In this document: positions 13,461 to 25,620 of the stretch, in pieces
Layout of the letters: every line of letters begins with the position of its first letter
Numbering within the stretch: the stretch's first letter is position 1
Assembly (NCBI RefSeq): GCF_016433145.1
Contig: NC_058132.1
Coordinates: forward strand, 7,688,211-7,752,210
DNA from: Gracilinanus agilis
Lineage: Eukaryota
Length of the DNA stretch: 64,000 nucleotides
Reading direction: 5' to 3'
Notes under the pieces: generated by a model
Database searches by the model: none
The model's input: the letters and a program-made list of their open reading frames with translations, nothing else
Told to the model about the DNA's origin: nothing
Position numbers and translations under genes: made by a program

Positions 13461-14339
13461 ATGTATTTTTTAAAGAGACCAAAGATGATTTGTTCTAAAG
13501 GAGCTCCCAGTCTAATGGGGGAGACAATAAGCAAATAACCAGGTACAAACCAATCATATACAGGAGAAATGAGAAATAATCCACAGAGGGAGAGCACTAG
13601 AATAAAATAAAAGGGAAGGGAGGACGGCTTCTTTTAGAAGGTGGGAGTTTAGCAGGGACTAAGAAAGCCAGGAGTAAAGATGAGCAGGGAGAGCACTCCA
13701 GGGCTGGGGCTGCAAGTCAGGGAAAACACCAGGGGTTTGGAGATGGCGCGTTTTGTGGGAGAGGAGCTGGAATCAAATCTCACCAAGCAGGTGACCTTGG
13801 GTAAGTCATATAACCTTTCTGTGCCTCAGTTTCCTCATCGCTTGTGAGGCGCTTTCCAGCGCTTGGTCTCTGCCCTCTATTTTCGTCCCTCTGAGTGGCG
13901 AGGAGGGGGAGGGAAGGGGGGAGGTACAGAAAGCCTGGGAGGTGGCCGGATATACCGTGTGTTGGCAGGAGCGCATTTCTTAGAGAGCAGACAGCTGGAA
14001 GGAGGCCGCGCGTTTCACTCATTCTTACTCTTTTAGGAGGAAAAGTAGCTGGTCTGGGCAGGGCATCAGAAGGTGAGAAGAGCCTCTGCTTTGCTAGTAA
14101 ATGTTTAACAATCAGCTCCCCTCCCCCCCCCCCCACACACACCTTTAAGCTCGATGGCCAGCGCTGACAGTTTCTCCATGACTTTAAACAACAAAGCTTT
14201 GACTCCGAGCGCCTGCGGACTTCCCAGCTGGAAGCTCACCGGGAGGACTTAAGCGCCGGCCGAGCTGGCTCCAGCACAGCCCGGCTCCAGGGGCGGGACG
14301 GGACAAGTGGGTCCCTGACTAGTGGGTTGGGAGAGGGAC

Positions 14340-14385
14340 CGAGGACTCTGATTGGCCAGGACATCCCGGTGTGCGCCTGTGTGCG
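14340..14385 (+). other. Putative non-coding first exon of gene 1 (start approximate)
   Basis: Consensus donor GTAAGT at 14386 inside the CpG island just downstream of GC/CCAAT boxes. Confidence 0.55.
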
Positions 14386-14581
14386 GTAAGTGGCCGCCAT
14401 TCGAGCCCGCGGCTGGGGATCCTGGCGGGCGGCATTGGAGGTGGGGTCGGGAGGGAAAATGGGCAGCGTGGGAGCCACGCATGGAGCTAGGGCGGGGAAA
14501 GAGAGGAACAGAGCTGAAGGGTGGACGCCTGAGTAGGAGGGAAAATCCCAAACCGAGGTAGAGTTGAAGTCGGAGACGCGA

Positions 14582-15225
14582 ACTGAGCATGCGCAGAGCC
14601 CTCCCGACCCCCGCAGTTGGCCTGACCCATCGGGAACGTGGGCGATGACCGGAGGGATGCGATTGGGCATGCGCGGAGGTTTCGCAGTTGGCCTGGTGGT
14701 AAGGGCCCAGAAGCGTTTATAAGAGACTGAGCATGCGCAGAAGCTCGGCGGCCAGGCTATCTGCAATGTGGGCGGTCTCCGGAGGGAGTGAGACTGAGCA
14801 TGTGCGGAGGTTCCGCGGCCAGACTGACCATCTGGCTTATGGGCGACCAGGAAAGCGGGGTGAGACTGAGCATGCGTAGAGACTCCGCAGTCTGACCATC
14901 TGGGCTTGAGGCTTTTACAGAAGGTGGGATAGGATGAGCATGCGCAGATGGTCTGTAGCCAAACTGACCTAGGATTCGGGGAGGCCATAGTAGGGGTTGA
15001 TATTGAGCATGCGCAGTACCTTGGCCGATTCGCTTAAGAAAGGGAACTTGGGGCGGGGGTGGGTGTGGGCGTGGGTGAGAGAGCATGCGCAGAGACTCAG
15101 TAGCCAACACCTTCTGGAATGTGGGCGACCAAAGCAGGGGGTGAGTGAGCATGCGCAGAGGTTTCTCAGCCAGCCACCAAGAATGTGGGCGACCAAAGGA
15201 GGTGAGGATGAGCATGCGCAGAGAC
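14582..15225. promoter_or_regulatory. Degenerate tandem array (~69-bp unit) with 10 NRF1-like motifs (TGAGCATGCGCAG)
   Basis: GCATG(C/T)G cores start at 14587, 14667, 14731, 14798, 14870, 14938, 15007, 15083, 15149 and 15212. Confidence 0.85.
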
Positions 15226-16959
15226 TCAGCCATCAGCCTGACTAGAAGGGTAGGGACTGGTACGCGGGAGGGTTGAGGCTGCCCTTGTGCAGAGGCTCCG
15301 CTGCTCCAGGAGGGCAGCTCGGGCCTCTCTTACTCCATCCCGGCCTCTGGCACGTGGACGGTGCTGGCCGAAATGTCGCTTGATGCCGGGAGACTCAGAT
15401 GGACGCCCCGCTTGTGTGACCGTCACTCCCCGCATCCCGTCACCTCAGGTCCCCTCCGAGCCCCCTCTTGGGCATGTAAAGCCCCTCGCTGCCTCCTCAG
15501 GCCCCGCCTCTTCAGAACCCCCGCTCTGTGGGCAGCCTCTGGGCCTTTGGCCAGGCCTGCCCAGGTGTCCTTCCAGGCTCACTCCATCCCCAATCCCCAC
15601 TGGGGTTTGAGGCATCAGAGGGTTCCACTGGTGACCCGAGTTCCCTTGGCTCCTCTGATGTGGAGAGTCACACCCCGAGTGGATGTACCCCCGTGAGCAG
15701 TGACTCGGGTGCCCCTTTTGACCCTCTCAGCAGCTCAGAGGGGAGCCTCTTTCCTGTCTGCATTTCATGGAGGAGCAGATAGGTGTGGTGACTGGCCCAG
15801 AGTCACTCTGCAGGCACCAATGAGGGTCCACGGGCGGCCATCCCCTATCCTAGAGCTGAGGGGGTCCCCACGCCATCCCCCGTCACCTTCTGGCCTTGCC
15901 TGGGCCATCCCCTGGGCATGGCCTGTGCCCACCCCCCTGGCACAGGGCAGAGCCCACAGAGGACCAAGCAGGACCCATACCCCTGCCTCAAGCCCCAGAG
16001 AGACACACTCTCTGTCTGAGACATGGGCACTGGCCAGCAGGGGCCCAAGATGGACAGAGGAGCCAGGCTGAAGGGCTGTAGAACCTCCTGGCTGACCCTG
16101 GGAGCGATGGGGAGCTCCCAGCCGTCTGTGGGGGGCAGTGCGGACACGGCCAGAGCCCACCTTCAGGAAAAACCACTTGGGCGGCCTGGTGCTGGGGAGT
16201 TGTGGCGGGGAGAGTGAGGAGGGACCCATTGAAGAAGTGCGGCTCCACGAGCACAGAGACTGGACTCCGAGGAGATGCTGGGGCTGAGCCAGTACTCTGG
16301 ACAGCAGCCAGGAAGCCGTTGAGAGAGCTGAGCCACTAGGACTGGGGCCAAGTGAGGCTGCGGATGTGCCTGCGCACTCCTGTGTAGACGCGCCTCAAGA
16401 GATCCGTCTGTACCCATGTAAGAGAGCCGGAGCGTCTAGACCAACTCTAGGAATACACGGACACGTCTCCATGACAACGTCCATATTTATACCAGTGTAG
16501 ACGGGATTTGTAAGAAGGCAGGTGGAGCCGTGGGTAGCGCCTGGCCCAGGCAGACCCTCCCAAGCCGCGGGAGGAGCCAAACACCACGGAAATGATGGAG
16601 AGATGTTGGTCTGCCCTCCGCCAACTCGCTCCTCCAGTAGACGCGACACCGGCCAGAATCGAGACTGGAGACGATAACGATGGACACTAGAGCCGGACAC
16701 TTGCCCGGGGATAGAGGCGCAGCCAGGGCCCGTGTGCCAGGGCCGGAAAGCCATCTGAAGGAGGGCCAGTGGCAGATCGGGCCAGAGCGAGGATGGAGAT
16801 CCCGCCGCTGACCCGGACAGAAGGCCTCAGCACTGACATACGGTGGGATGGGTGGGAGCCCAGGAGGGCACCAGGCTTCCTTCCAGGCTGAGCTTCTGGG
16901 TAGGCCAAAGCCTCGAGCCAGCTCTGCAGTGGACAGTGTCCCTAGACATCAAGAGGTAG

Positions 16960-17122
16960 CACAGCGGCTAGAGGGCCAAGCCTGGAGGCGGGAGGGCCTG
17001 GGTTCAAATCCAATCCCAGGCTCTTCCTAGCTGTGTGACCCTGGCCTAGTCACTTAACCCTGTTTGCATGGCCCTTACTGCTCTTCTGTCTTAGAACGGA
17101 TACTAAGACCTAAGGTAAGGGC
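16960..17122 (+). mobile_element. SINE1_Mdo-like SINE (diverged)
   Basis: gggttcaaatcc...ctagctgtgtgaccctgg...taaggtaaggg. Confidence 0.7.
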
Positions 17123-18164
17123 TCCAGGCAGGAAGCTCATACCTGGGAGGAGCCCAAGCCCCCAGCCCATGGGTCCCTTTGGGGGCAAGGAGGGGGCTTT
17201 ACACCCCTCCAGCACTTAGCTGAGTGCCCAGCACACACAGCAGGGGCCCTCGGCATGCCCATTCTTGCCACAGCCAGCCAAGTCTTCCCCCGGCCTCCCC
17301 CATGTGCAGAGAGACCCCTCTCCTCCAGTGTCAGTGGGGGTTCTGGCTGGGCAAGGCCAGTTAAAGCAGCCTGGTGCTGCTCATTGGTGCTTGTGCTTTT
17401 CCTGTCTCTGTCTCCTTTCGGAGGTGAATGAGGGGAACCACCGTTCCTTAAGCACTTTATAAATGGGGTCTTGATCGCCATTTTACAGATGAAGAAACTG
17501 AGACAGGCTTGCCTGGAGTCATAGAGCTGTTATGTATCTGAGGTTAGATTTGAACTCAGATCTCCCTCCCTCTAAAAATAGAAGTACAGACTTCAGAGGC
17601 TTTTCTAGTACTTTATCACCTTTGTCAAACAAAGGAAAAAAATGTCTGAAGCATTCACTTTGCACCAACCTTTTTGCCTCAGTTTTTTCGACTGTAAAAT
17701 GGGAGTAATGACAGCACCCGCCTCATCAGGTTATTGTAAGGATCAAATGGGAGAATACTTATAGAGCATTTAGCACAGGGGCTGGCGCATAGTAGGGATA
17801 ATATAACTAAGTGCTGATTCCCTCCCACCCCCATCCAAAAGTCTTTCACCCTGGCAGGAAATAAGCACAATCATTAACATTTATTAAGTGCCTGCTGTGG
17901 GCCAGGCACTGTGCTGAAGAGCTTCTACACAAGGCTGGAGTGGTTCTGCCTCCCCTTTTGCCATATCCTCTGCCTTCCCCCAACCCTTTTTTCCTTAGCA
18001 TCCCTCCCTGGCTGCAGCTCCGAGCCAGGGTCTGCACTTGCACTCGTGGTGCTTATTTATAGGACTGGATACACTTCTATTCTTCCTTTGTTGCTGGTTC
18101 TTTCTTCTATCTTGGGTTCTTATCGCCTTAAAAACGTTTTTTAAAGGAATATCTTTCTCTAACT

Positions 18165-18356
18165 CAGTGGTGCCCGAACTTTTTTGGCCTGCCACCCCCT
18201 TTCCAGAAAAAATATTACTTAGCCCCCTGGAAATTAGTTTTTTTTTTTTAATTTTAATAGCAATAGGAAAGATAAATGCACCTGTGGCCATCACCACCCT
18301 CTTGGATCACTGCAGCACCCACCAGGGGGCAGTGGCGCCCACCTTGGGAATCACTG
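18165..18356 (-). mobile_element. hAT MITE (CAGTG termini)
   Basis: Imperfect TIRs CAGTGGTGCCCGAA / CAGTGATTCCCAAG; ~190 bp; TSD degraded. Confidence 0.7.
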
Positions 18357-19829
18357 GCTTAAATCATCTCATTTCCAAATATATTCCTCCCTAGAAAGGC
18401 ACCCCCTATAATAAATAATTTTTAAAAATGAAAGGGGAGAAAAAGCACAATTCAGTTTCAGCCCACCATCACATATGCCGAGTTACATACCCATAGTGCC
18501 CCACTTCTGTTGTGATAAAGGAGGAAGGTGGATTTGGGGCCAAGCTTGGCCATTGTCGTAACACGTCTATCAGGTTTTTTGCTATTTCCCCATTCTTGCC
18601 CTTATCAGAGTACCCACTGTGTGCCAGGGGAGGCAGAGGCTATTATTATCCCCATTTGACCATCGAATGCCTATTATTTTCCTACTTTTGCTGCCTTCAT
18701 CTTCCCACACTTCTTTACACTCCCAGTTATCTTTCCTTAACTCTTAGTAATATTCTATTCCTTTCGTGTGCCTCCATTGCTCAAGGTGCTGGCTTGGTAA
18801 ATGTTTGGGCCTCTTTAGGAGGGCCTCACTTTAGTTAGGGCCTCACTTTCTGCCCAAAGGGACCTCTCCGTCAACTGTAGGCACATTTCATCTCTGAGCT
18901 CAATTCTAAACTTCTTTCCAGAATTCTCACCTCCTCTGGCAGAGTCCAGCTTGACTCTCGTGGTCACTCGTCTTCTTGGCCAATTTGCTAGTTGGGAGAT
19001 AAAACAGCAAAATTGTGTCCATTTGTGTTTGTCTCTCTTGGACTAATCTTAGTGCAACAGGTTCAATACAAGAGAATGAGAAACAAACGTTTATTAATGC
19101 ATCTACTGTGTGCCAGACCTGGGCAAGATCCTGGAGATACAAATGCAAAAGGGGATCTCTCAGTCTTCTCCTTATATTGTAAAGCTATAATCACCTAATT
19201 GTTTTAGTACTGGTTTAAAAAGAGAAGAGGAAGTGGGAATAAGTAAATTTGTTTAAATGCAGTAATGTGAACTCAACTCCATGTTGGCTAGACTTAAGAA
19301 TTTGGCGAAAGCTGCCGGGAAACCTAAAAAGGACTTTGAGGCAAGGTAGGTTTTGACCCATGCCTTATGCCAGACTAAAGTCAAAATGAATGCATGAGCT
19401 GAATATTGAAAGCCACACCATAAAAGGTTCAGATTAGAACAAAACCAGAACATTTTTGCAGCTGTATCCAGAGGGCATCACTCTTTCCAAACCATTGATA
19501 GGAGTAATCACAAAAACTAAAATTGATGAGTTTGATGACATGAAATAAAAAAAAAACTTATGCAAGAACAAAATCAATGCAAGTAGTGTAAGAAGGGAAG
19601 TGATTGATTGGGAGAAAAAAAAACTTCATGACCAGTATCTCTTAGTAAGGCCATTGTATCCAGGATATGTAGGGAACAAAACAAATATGTAACTCCTAAC
19701 CTCATTCCCCACTAGATAAGTGATCAAAGGGGATCCTCAAGTAGGGTTTTAAAATAAAAATTGTAAACTATTAGCAACTGTAGGAAAAAATGTGTTAGAT
19801 AGCTAATTATAAGAAAGGTAATTCAAAAC

Positions 19830-20015
19830 TTTTTTTTAAGCCCTTACCTTCTGCCTTAGTATCAGTTCTAAGACAGAAGAGCAGGAAAGGGCTAGGCCGT
19901 CAGGGTTAAGGGACTTGCTTAAGGACACACAGCTACGAAGTACCTGAGACAGGATTTAAATCCAGGTCCTGCCAACTTCAGGCCTGGTGCTCTATCCACT
20001 GTGCTACCTAGCAGC
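19830..20015 (-). mobile_element. SINE1_Mdo-like SINE
   Basis: Reverse consensus with T-rich tail. Confidence 0.75.
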
Positions 20016-20155
20016 TTCTCAAAACAACTCTTAAGTTTCACCTCACACTCATCTGATTAGCGAATGGACAAAGAAGCCTTTATTAAGCTTTTCCTAAGTG
20101 CTGGGACTATAAGTACAAATAGGAGATAATCCCTGCATTCAAGGGGTTTACATTT

Positions 20156-20337
20156 TTTTTTTAAACCCTTAACTTCTATGTATTGGCTCCTAGGTGGAAG
20201 AGTTGTAAGGGTGGGCAATGGAGGTCAAGTGACTTGCCCAGGGTCACATAGCTGGGAAGTGTCTGAGGCCAGATTTGAACCCAGGACCTCCCATCTCTAG
20301 GCCTGACTCTCAATCCACTGAGCTACCCAGCTGCCCC
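20156..20337 (-). mobile_element. Young SINE1_Mdo-like SINE
   Basis: Full length; 14-bp TSD AGGGGTTTACATTT at 20142 and 20340. Confidence 0.92.
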
Positions 20338-21227
20338 TTAGGGGTTTACATTTAATATGGAAAAGCCAAATCTATAGGAGAGTGAAAGCCCAGCAAGAGT
20401 TTTGGTCTTGGGGATCTGAAGAACATTGAACTGATTCCTAGAGCAGCTCTGCCCCTTTCAGAGGCAATGGCCTTCTTGATTTAGTGACTGCGCCTAGAGC
20501 AGGGTACAGAAAGATTTGCAGATGCCAGGGGCCAAGGAGAGGTCGCCTCAGCCGACGAGGCTGGACGGGGCAGGAGGCGGGTGGCGATTTCAGGAGTTGT
20601 GGGGAAATGCTGTTCATTTGTGGAATGACACAATAAGAGCATTAGCTAACGTTGGCATGGTGCCTACGCGTGACGGGCACCGTGCCAAGCGCTTCACGAC
20701 GATTGCCTTACCTGATCCTTACAACAACCCAGGGCAGGAGGTTCTGTTATTATCCCCAACTTATAGATGAGGAAAATGAGGCAGACTGCAGGGAATGACT
20801 TTCCCTGGGTTCCCCAGCTGAAAAGTGTCTGAGGCAGGAATTGAACTCACCTCAGTGTTCTGAGCACTGGGCTGCCTGGCAGTACCTTGAAGTTGACTGT
20901 GAATGACTAGTTTTTGGTTCTAATCCCTCAGACATTTCAGAACCACCCAAAATGCTGGGGAGAATGTGATGGAGTGTGAGCAGGAGATGAGGGGAAGGAC
21001 CCTGTGGAGGGGAACAAGCCTCTGGAGCACAGCTGGCCCACACCAGGACCTCTTTTTTGGGTGCCCGGCCCTCTCGGGGCAGCCTGTGATGGACACAGAA
21101 GAAGGGTTTGGAGACTGGCCGGTGGGGACTATGCTTGGGAGTCACGGGGTCTGACTGGCGGTCTTCCTCACTTTGATCTTTCCCTCCAGACCCTGCCCTT
21201 CCCCAGGACAGGAGCCAAGAAGAAGGA

Positions 21228-21260
21228 ATGGCTTCTGGGTGGCTGCCTGTCAGGCTCCAG
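21228..21260 (+). CDS. Gene 1 (KRAB-hAT fusion) first coding exon, MASGWLPVRLQ (exon 21190..21260)
   Basis: Acceptor ttccctccag at 21189; ATG 21228; donor CAG|GTGAGT, phase 0; same size and position as the MAAGLLLPRAQ leader of gene 2. Confidence 0.8.
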
Positions 21261-23695
21261 GTGAGTCATTGTCCTTCTCTCTGTTCCTGGATGGTCTTGG
21301 CTCGTCTGAGTCCGATGCACAGATCTGGGGCTCTGTGACTCTCCCCCAGAACATTTGGGCCATTCGGATGGATGAAGACTCCCCTGATTTCCCGAGCTCA
21401 TATGTCAGATGTTGGTAACCCCTATTACATTTCATCATGTTAGAGTCTGCCAGGGGCTGGCAAAGCATGGCCGAGGGCCAGATGTGGCTGGCACCTGTTT
21501 TTGTTCGTCCAGTTCTGAATCTGAGCTCTTGGGGAGTGCAGATTCTGACTTCCAGGGGCTTAGCCCATCCCGAGGTGATGTTTTAGGGGCCCTTTGGGAG
21601 AGGATAGGCAGGATCTGTTATCAGTAAAGCGAATCTTCATGTGGTACCAAGCCTCATGCCACGTGGGGTCCAGGGAGTGGAAGGAGGAGCCACAGAATGA
21701 CCCAGGGCAGAGCTGAGAGATCTTGGGGCCTGCCAGGGCTGATCCAACCCACTGTGGTAAACACTGAACACCTGCTAAGTGTGGGCACTGTGCCACGTGC
21801 TGGGCATGCAGTTACTAAAAAGGCCAGCCCCTGCTCTCCAGGCCCTTACAGCAGAGAGGCAGATGCCCGCCCACCCCTGGAAGGAGCTCCCCACCACAGT
21901 CTGGATTCAGCCTCTGCTCGGAGACCTTCCATGGGGAAAACTCACTTTATTCCCTCCTGGGAAAGCCAAGCTTGTCCTGGCCCCAGGCCCGAGTTGGCCC
22001 CTTGGCAGCTTCCTCCCAGTGCTCTGGGTTCTGCCCTTCCCTCAGGGTTAACCCCTCATCCAGGAGCTCTTCCTTTGGTCAGTCGTGCCCCTCCTGAGCC
22101 TTCTCCCCAGGTTGCCCATCCTTATTCCACTCTGTCACTCCTCAAATGGCACGGACTGAAGACCTCCTCTGGACACCCTCTAGGCTACCAGTGACCCTCC
22201 TAAACAGTGACACTCAGAGCTGGATGTGAGGTTCTCACCTCCTTCCTGCTGTAGCCTTTGGGATTGGGCTCTGGGCTGGTCCCCTCAGGCACTCTCAGAT
22301 GGGTTGGAGTCTTCTTAGACCAGATGCCAGTCTGGAAGAGGCAGCTGGGGCTGGGCCTTCCCCCTCAGGATTCATGCCTGGCTTCTGCCTCATTCTCCTG
22401 GCTGTCCGCTGTGGATTCGGGCCTCCACTGGTTCCTTCTTCCACGGCAGACCCTCGGGGGATTCTGGAGGTCATGCTGGTCTCTGAACAACATGAACAGC
22501 CCTCTCAAGGCTGGCATCTGTATGTGGGTGTCCCAGAGTGCTCAGAGGAGCAGAATCCTGCCCCAGTGGCCTGGGGGAGCTGCCCTGGCCCCTCCCCTCC
22601 TGCCCTGGTACTTGTTGGGGATTCTTTCTGACCTCTTTATCTTTCCCACTCGTGCCAGTCACCAGAAGGTACACCAACCCGCACCTGGCCAGAGGGTCTG
22701 CCATTCCTCCAGTTGGAGCCACAGCCCCATGCTCGGGCGCCATTTTCCTAGAGAGCCCACAACTCCAGATCTCCAGCCCTTGTCTTCTGTGGGCAGGCAT
22801 GAGGAGGAGCTCAGCCGCGTCCTGTTGCCGTGGGTCCCTGCCCTAGAGCTGGCTGTCTCCTTCCAGAGCCTCTCTTATGCCCACACGAGTCACTGAAAGC
22901 AGGGAATAGTCACCCTCTTGCCCAGCTCGATGCCTGTCTTGGCCTCACTCTTCAGTTATGATTCAGCAGACAGTTAGTCGCCCCCCGACCCCCACTTCTC
23001 TTCTTCCTGGAGTCACATCAGGAGGCCAGAACAGAGGAAGGCCTGAGCAAACATAGAGCTGGGGAGGCCAGAGGAGGCCACCCACAGGACCCTAGAGGTA
23101 GAAGGGACCTCAGAAACCCTCTAGCTACCCCCATCTTACAGATGAGAAAGCCGGGGACCAAAGCTTTTGTCCTTGACCAGAGATCATGGCCTCCCCGGTG
23201 TCTATGACCCGTACCTGGCACAAGGTAGCTTTGGAGCCCCCGAACGGGGATTCAGACTTGTGATTAGATCCTAGAGTCCCACAAGCCAAGCACCCCCGAA
23301 ACTTAACCCCCATGTCCAGCCTGGGCTGAGGGGGGCAGGGACTTGGGAGCAGCTGGAGCATGGGCCCATGTGCCGAGAGGCCAGCTTAGGTGACGCCTCG
23401 GATGCCCTGGGCCAGAAACACTGAGCTCCCCAGCTCCCAGGCTCTCGGTGGGGCACAGAGCCCTAGAAGGCTTAATACACAAGTCAGGGTGCATGGAAGA
23501 AATGCTTAGAGCCCAGGAGGAATGGGCCAGCCCATAGAAGAGGATGAAAACTAGAAATATCTCCTTTCTCCAGGAAATGCTGAGGGGGCCTCATCAGCCA
23601 TAGCTCTGCCCACCCAGCTATAAGAAAAAGCCTCCAGTGCTTTAAGAACCTCTCCTGGATCACCCAAGGACACTGGGAGGGATGGTCCCGGCTGA

Positions 23696-23986
<291 letters not shown>

Positions 23987-24351
23987 TGAAGGACCACCTT
24001 GTTTTTTGTTTAATGTGCAGGAATGGCCAAAAATGTATATCATTTGGGGTGCATCTGTCTGTCACTTAGATGCTCCCCATGCACAGGTTGTTCCCAGCTT
24101 CCTGTGGCCAGCCTTGAGGCTGTCAATTCTCTTCACTCCTTTCCCTTCAGTTGAAAATTCTCCATAGTCACAGGGCAGATGAAGAAAGAGCCTCCTCTCT
24201 CAGCAGGCTATGGGAGAAGGGAACTCATTTTCTTTCCAAACCCAGATCATCTGTGTGACCTGCTTTTGGATTTGGACAGACTTTTCCTCCCCATCTAGGA
24301 TGGAACTCTGAGATGGCCCTGTCTCCAGTCCTTTCCCATTTCTATCCACAG

Positions 24352-24453
24352 GAGCAGGGCTGCCAGTGACCAAACCAGATGTGATCTTCCAGTTGGAAAG
24401 AGGAGAAACTCCATGGATGCTCAAAGCAGAGACCCCCAGAGTCATTTATCCAG
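24352..24453 (+). CDS. Gene 1 KRAB-B exon
   Basis: Phase 1-1, 102 nt (alternative in-frame acceptor at 24358 gives 96 nt); GAGLPVTKPDVIFQLERGETPWMLKAETPRVIYP; donor CAG|GTGAGG. Confidence 0.95.
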
Positions 24454-24873
24454 GTGAGGGAGGGAGAGATTCCTTGTAAGTAGCTGGTCCACCAATCATG
24501 TAGGTGTTCTCCTTAAAGCCTTAAGGCATTTGGGGAAGAACTTAAGGTGGGAGGGGATTCTAGCATTAATTTAATTTTGTCATTTATTTCTTGTCTGTCA
24601 CCACATATTTGCATCCTCTTAGAAATAGATGATCTTTCTCTTTTAACTATTGGGGGGCTGGACTTTTGATTCTGTCAATTATGTTGATTTGTAATTGATT
24701 CCGTTTTTTACTAGTTTTTCTAATACCCAATAGATAAAAAAATCAATGGAAAATTTTCAGAAAAAAAAGGGACAAACTGAACTAAAATAATGTTCTACCT
24801 CATTAATAATGAAAACCACATGGTACAGTCTTATGTCAGACAGTTTGCAAAGGCCATTAAAAGCAATGATACT

Positions 24874-25060
24874 GGGGGGGCAGCGAGGTGGCTCAGTGGT
24901 TAGAGAGCCAGGATTATCAGGGTTCAAGTATACTTCCTGTATACTTCCTAGCTGTGTGACTGTGGACAAGTCACTTCACCCCTATTGCCTAGCCCGCTTT
25001 TCCGTCTTGGAACCAATACACAGTATTGATTCCAAGATGGAAGGTAAGGGTTAAAAAAAT
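24874..25060 (+). mobile_element. SINE1_Mdo-like SINE
   Basis: ggggcagcgaggtggctcagtgg...ggtaagggttaaaa; degenerate aaaagcaatga TSD. Confidence 0.85.
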
Positions 25061-25259
25061 AAAAGGCAATGACATTCAATGTGGGCAGTTTTGTGGAAAT
25101 ACAGGAACATACACTGCTGCTGGATTCTTTGGATTCTTCCTGTTTGTGATGTCCTATGGCCTGATGACATTCACTTTGCTCTGTTTGGCCATCATTAATA
25201 ATTGGACATTGGGGTTCCCCCACCAGTTTTTGCTCTCCTGAATAATCTAGTATGAATCC

Positions 25260-25620
25260 TTTTGTATAAAGGTATGTGCTTTTGTCAGCGGGCTCCCTGG
25301 ATCCCGCCGCTTGGATCGTATCCTGCTGTTCTTTTTTCCAGTAAGTGTATAACAGCTTCTAACCATCCCAGTGGCATAATCATGCGCCTGTTTCTCCACA
25401 GTCCCACCGACACTGAATTATTTCTGAGATTTTGGGGGGCCGATTTAATGGGTGTGAGGTGGCATCTCAGAGTTGTTTTCATTTGAAGGTTATAATTATT
25501 GGAGAACTCAAACAGTTTTTCAGGGGGTCGGTGATCATTTCTGATTTTTCCCTTGAAGATGCCATCTTCTGCCTCAACCATGTATCTGTTTAGAAACATC
25601 TTTCTCTGATGAATTTAGGT
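25260..25620 (-). mobile_element. L1 ORF2 fragment
   Basis: Minus translation MKTTLRCHLTPIK...CSVGLWRNR..MPLGW resembles the L1 ORF2 C-terminus. Confidence 0.65.

Larger units (their letters stand above)
13850..15480. promoter_or_regulatory. CpG-island promoter of gene 1, probably bidirectional
   Basis: High CpG density; GC box GGGCGGG 14291-97; ATTGG (CCAAT) 14351-55; + strand donor CG|GTAAGT at 14385/6; minus-strand donor CCG|GTGAGC at 14240/39. Confidence 0.8.

Noticed and set aside
14582-15225. Repeat-spacer pattern superficially like a CRISPR array
   Set aside because: Mammalian DNA; the conserved part is only ~12 bp, the 'spacers' are related to each other, and there are no cas genes. 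It is a degenerate minisatellite.
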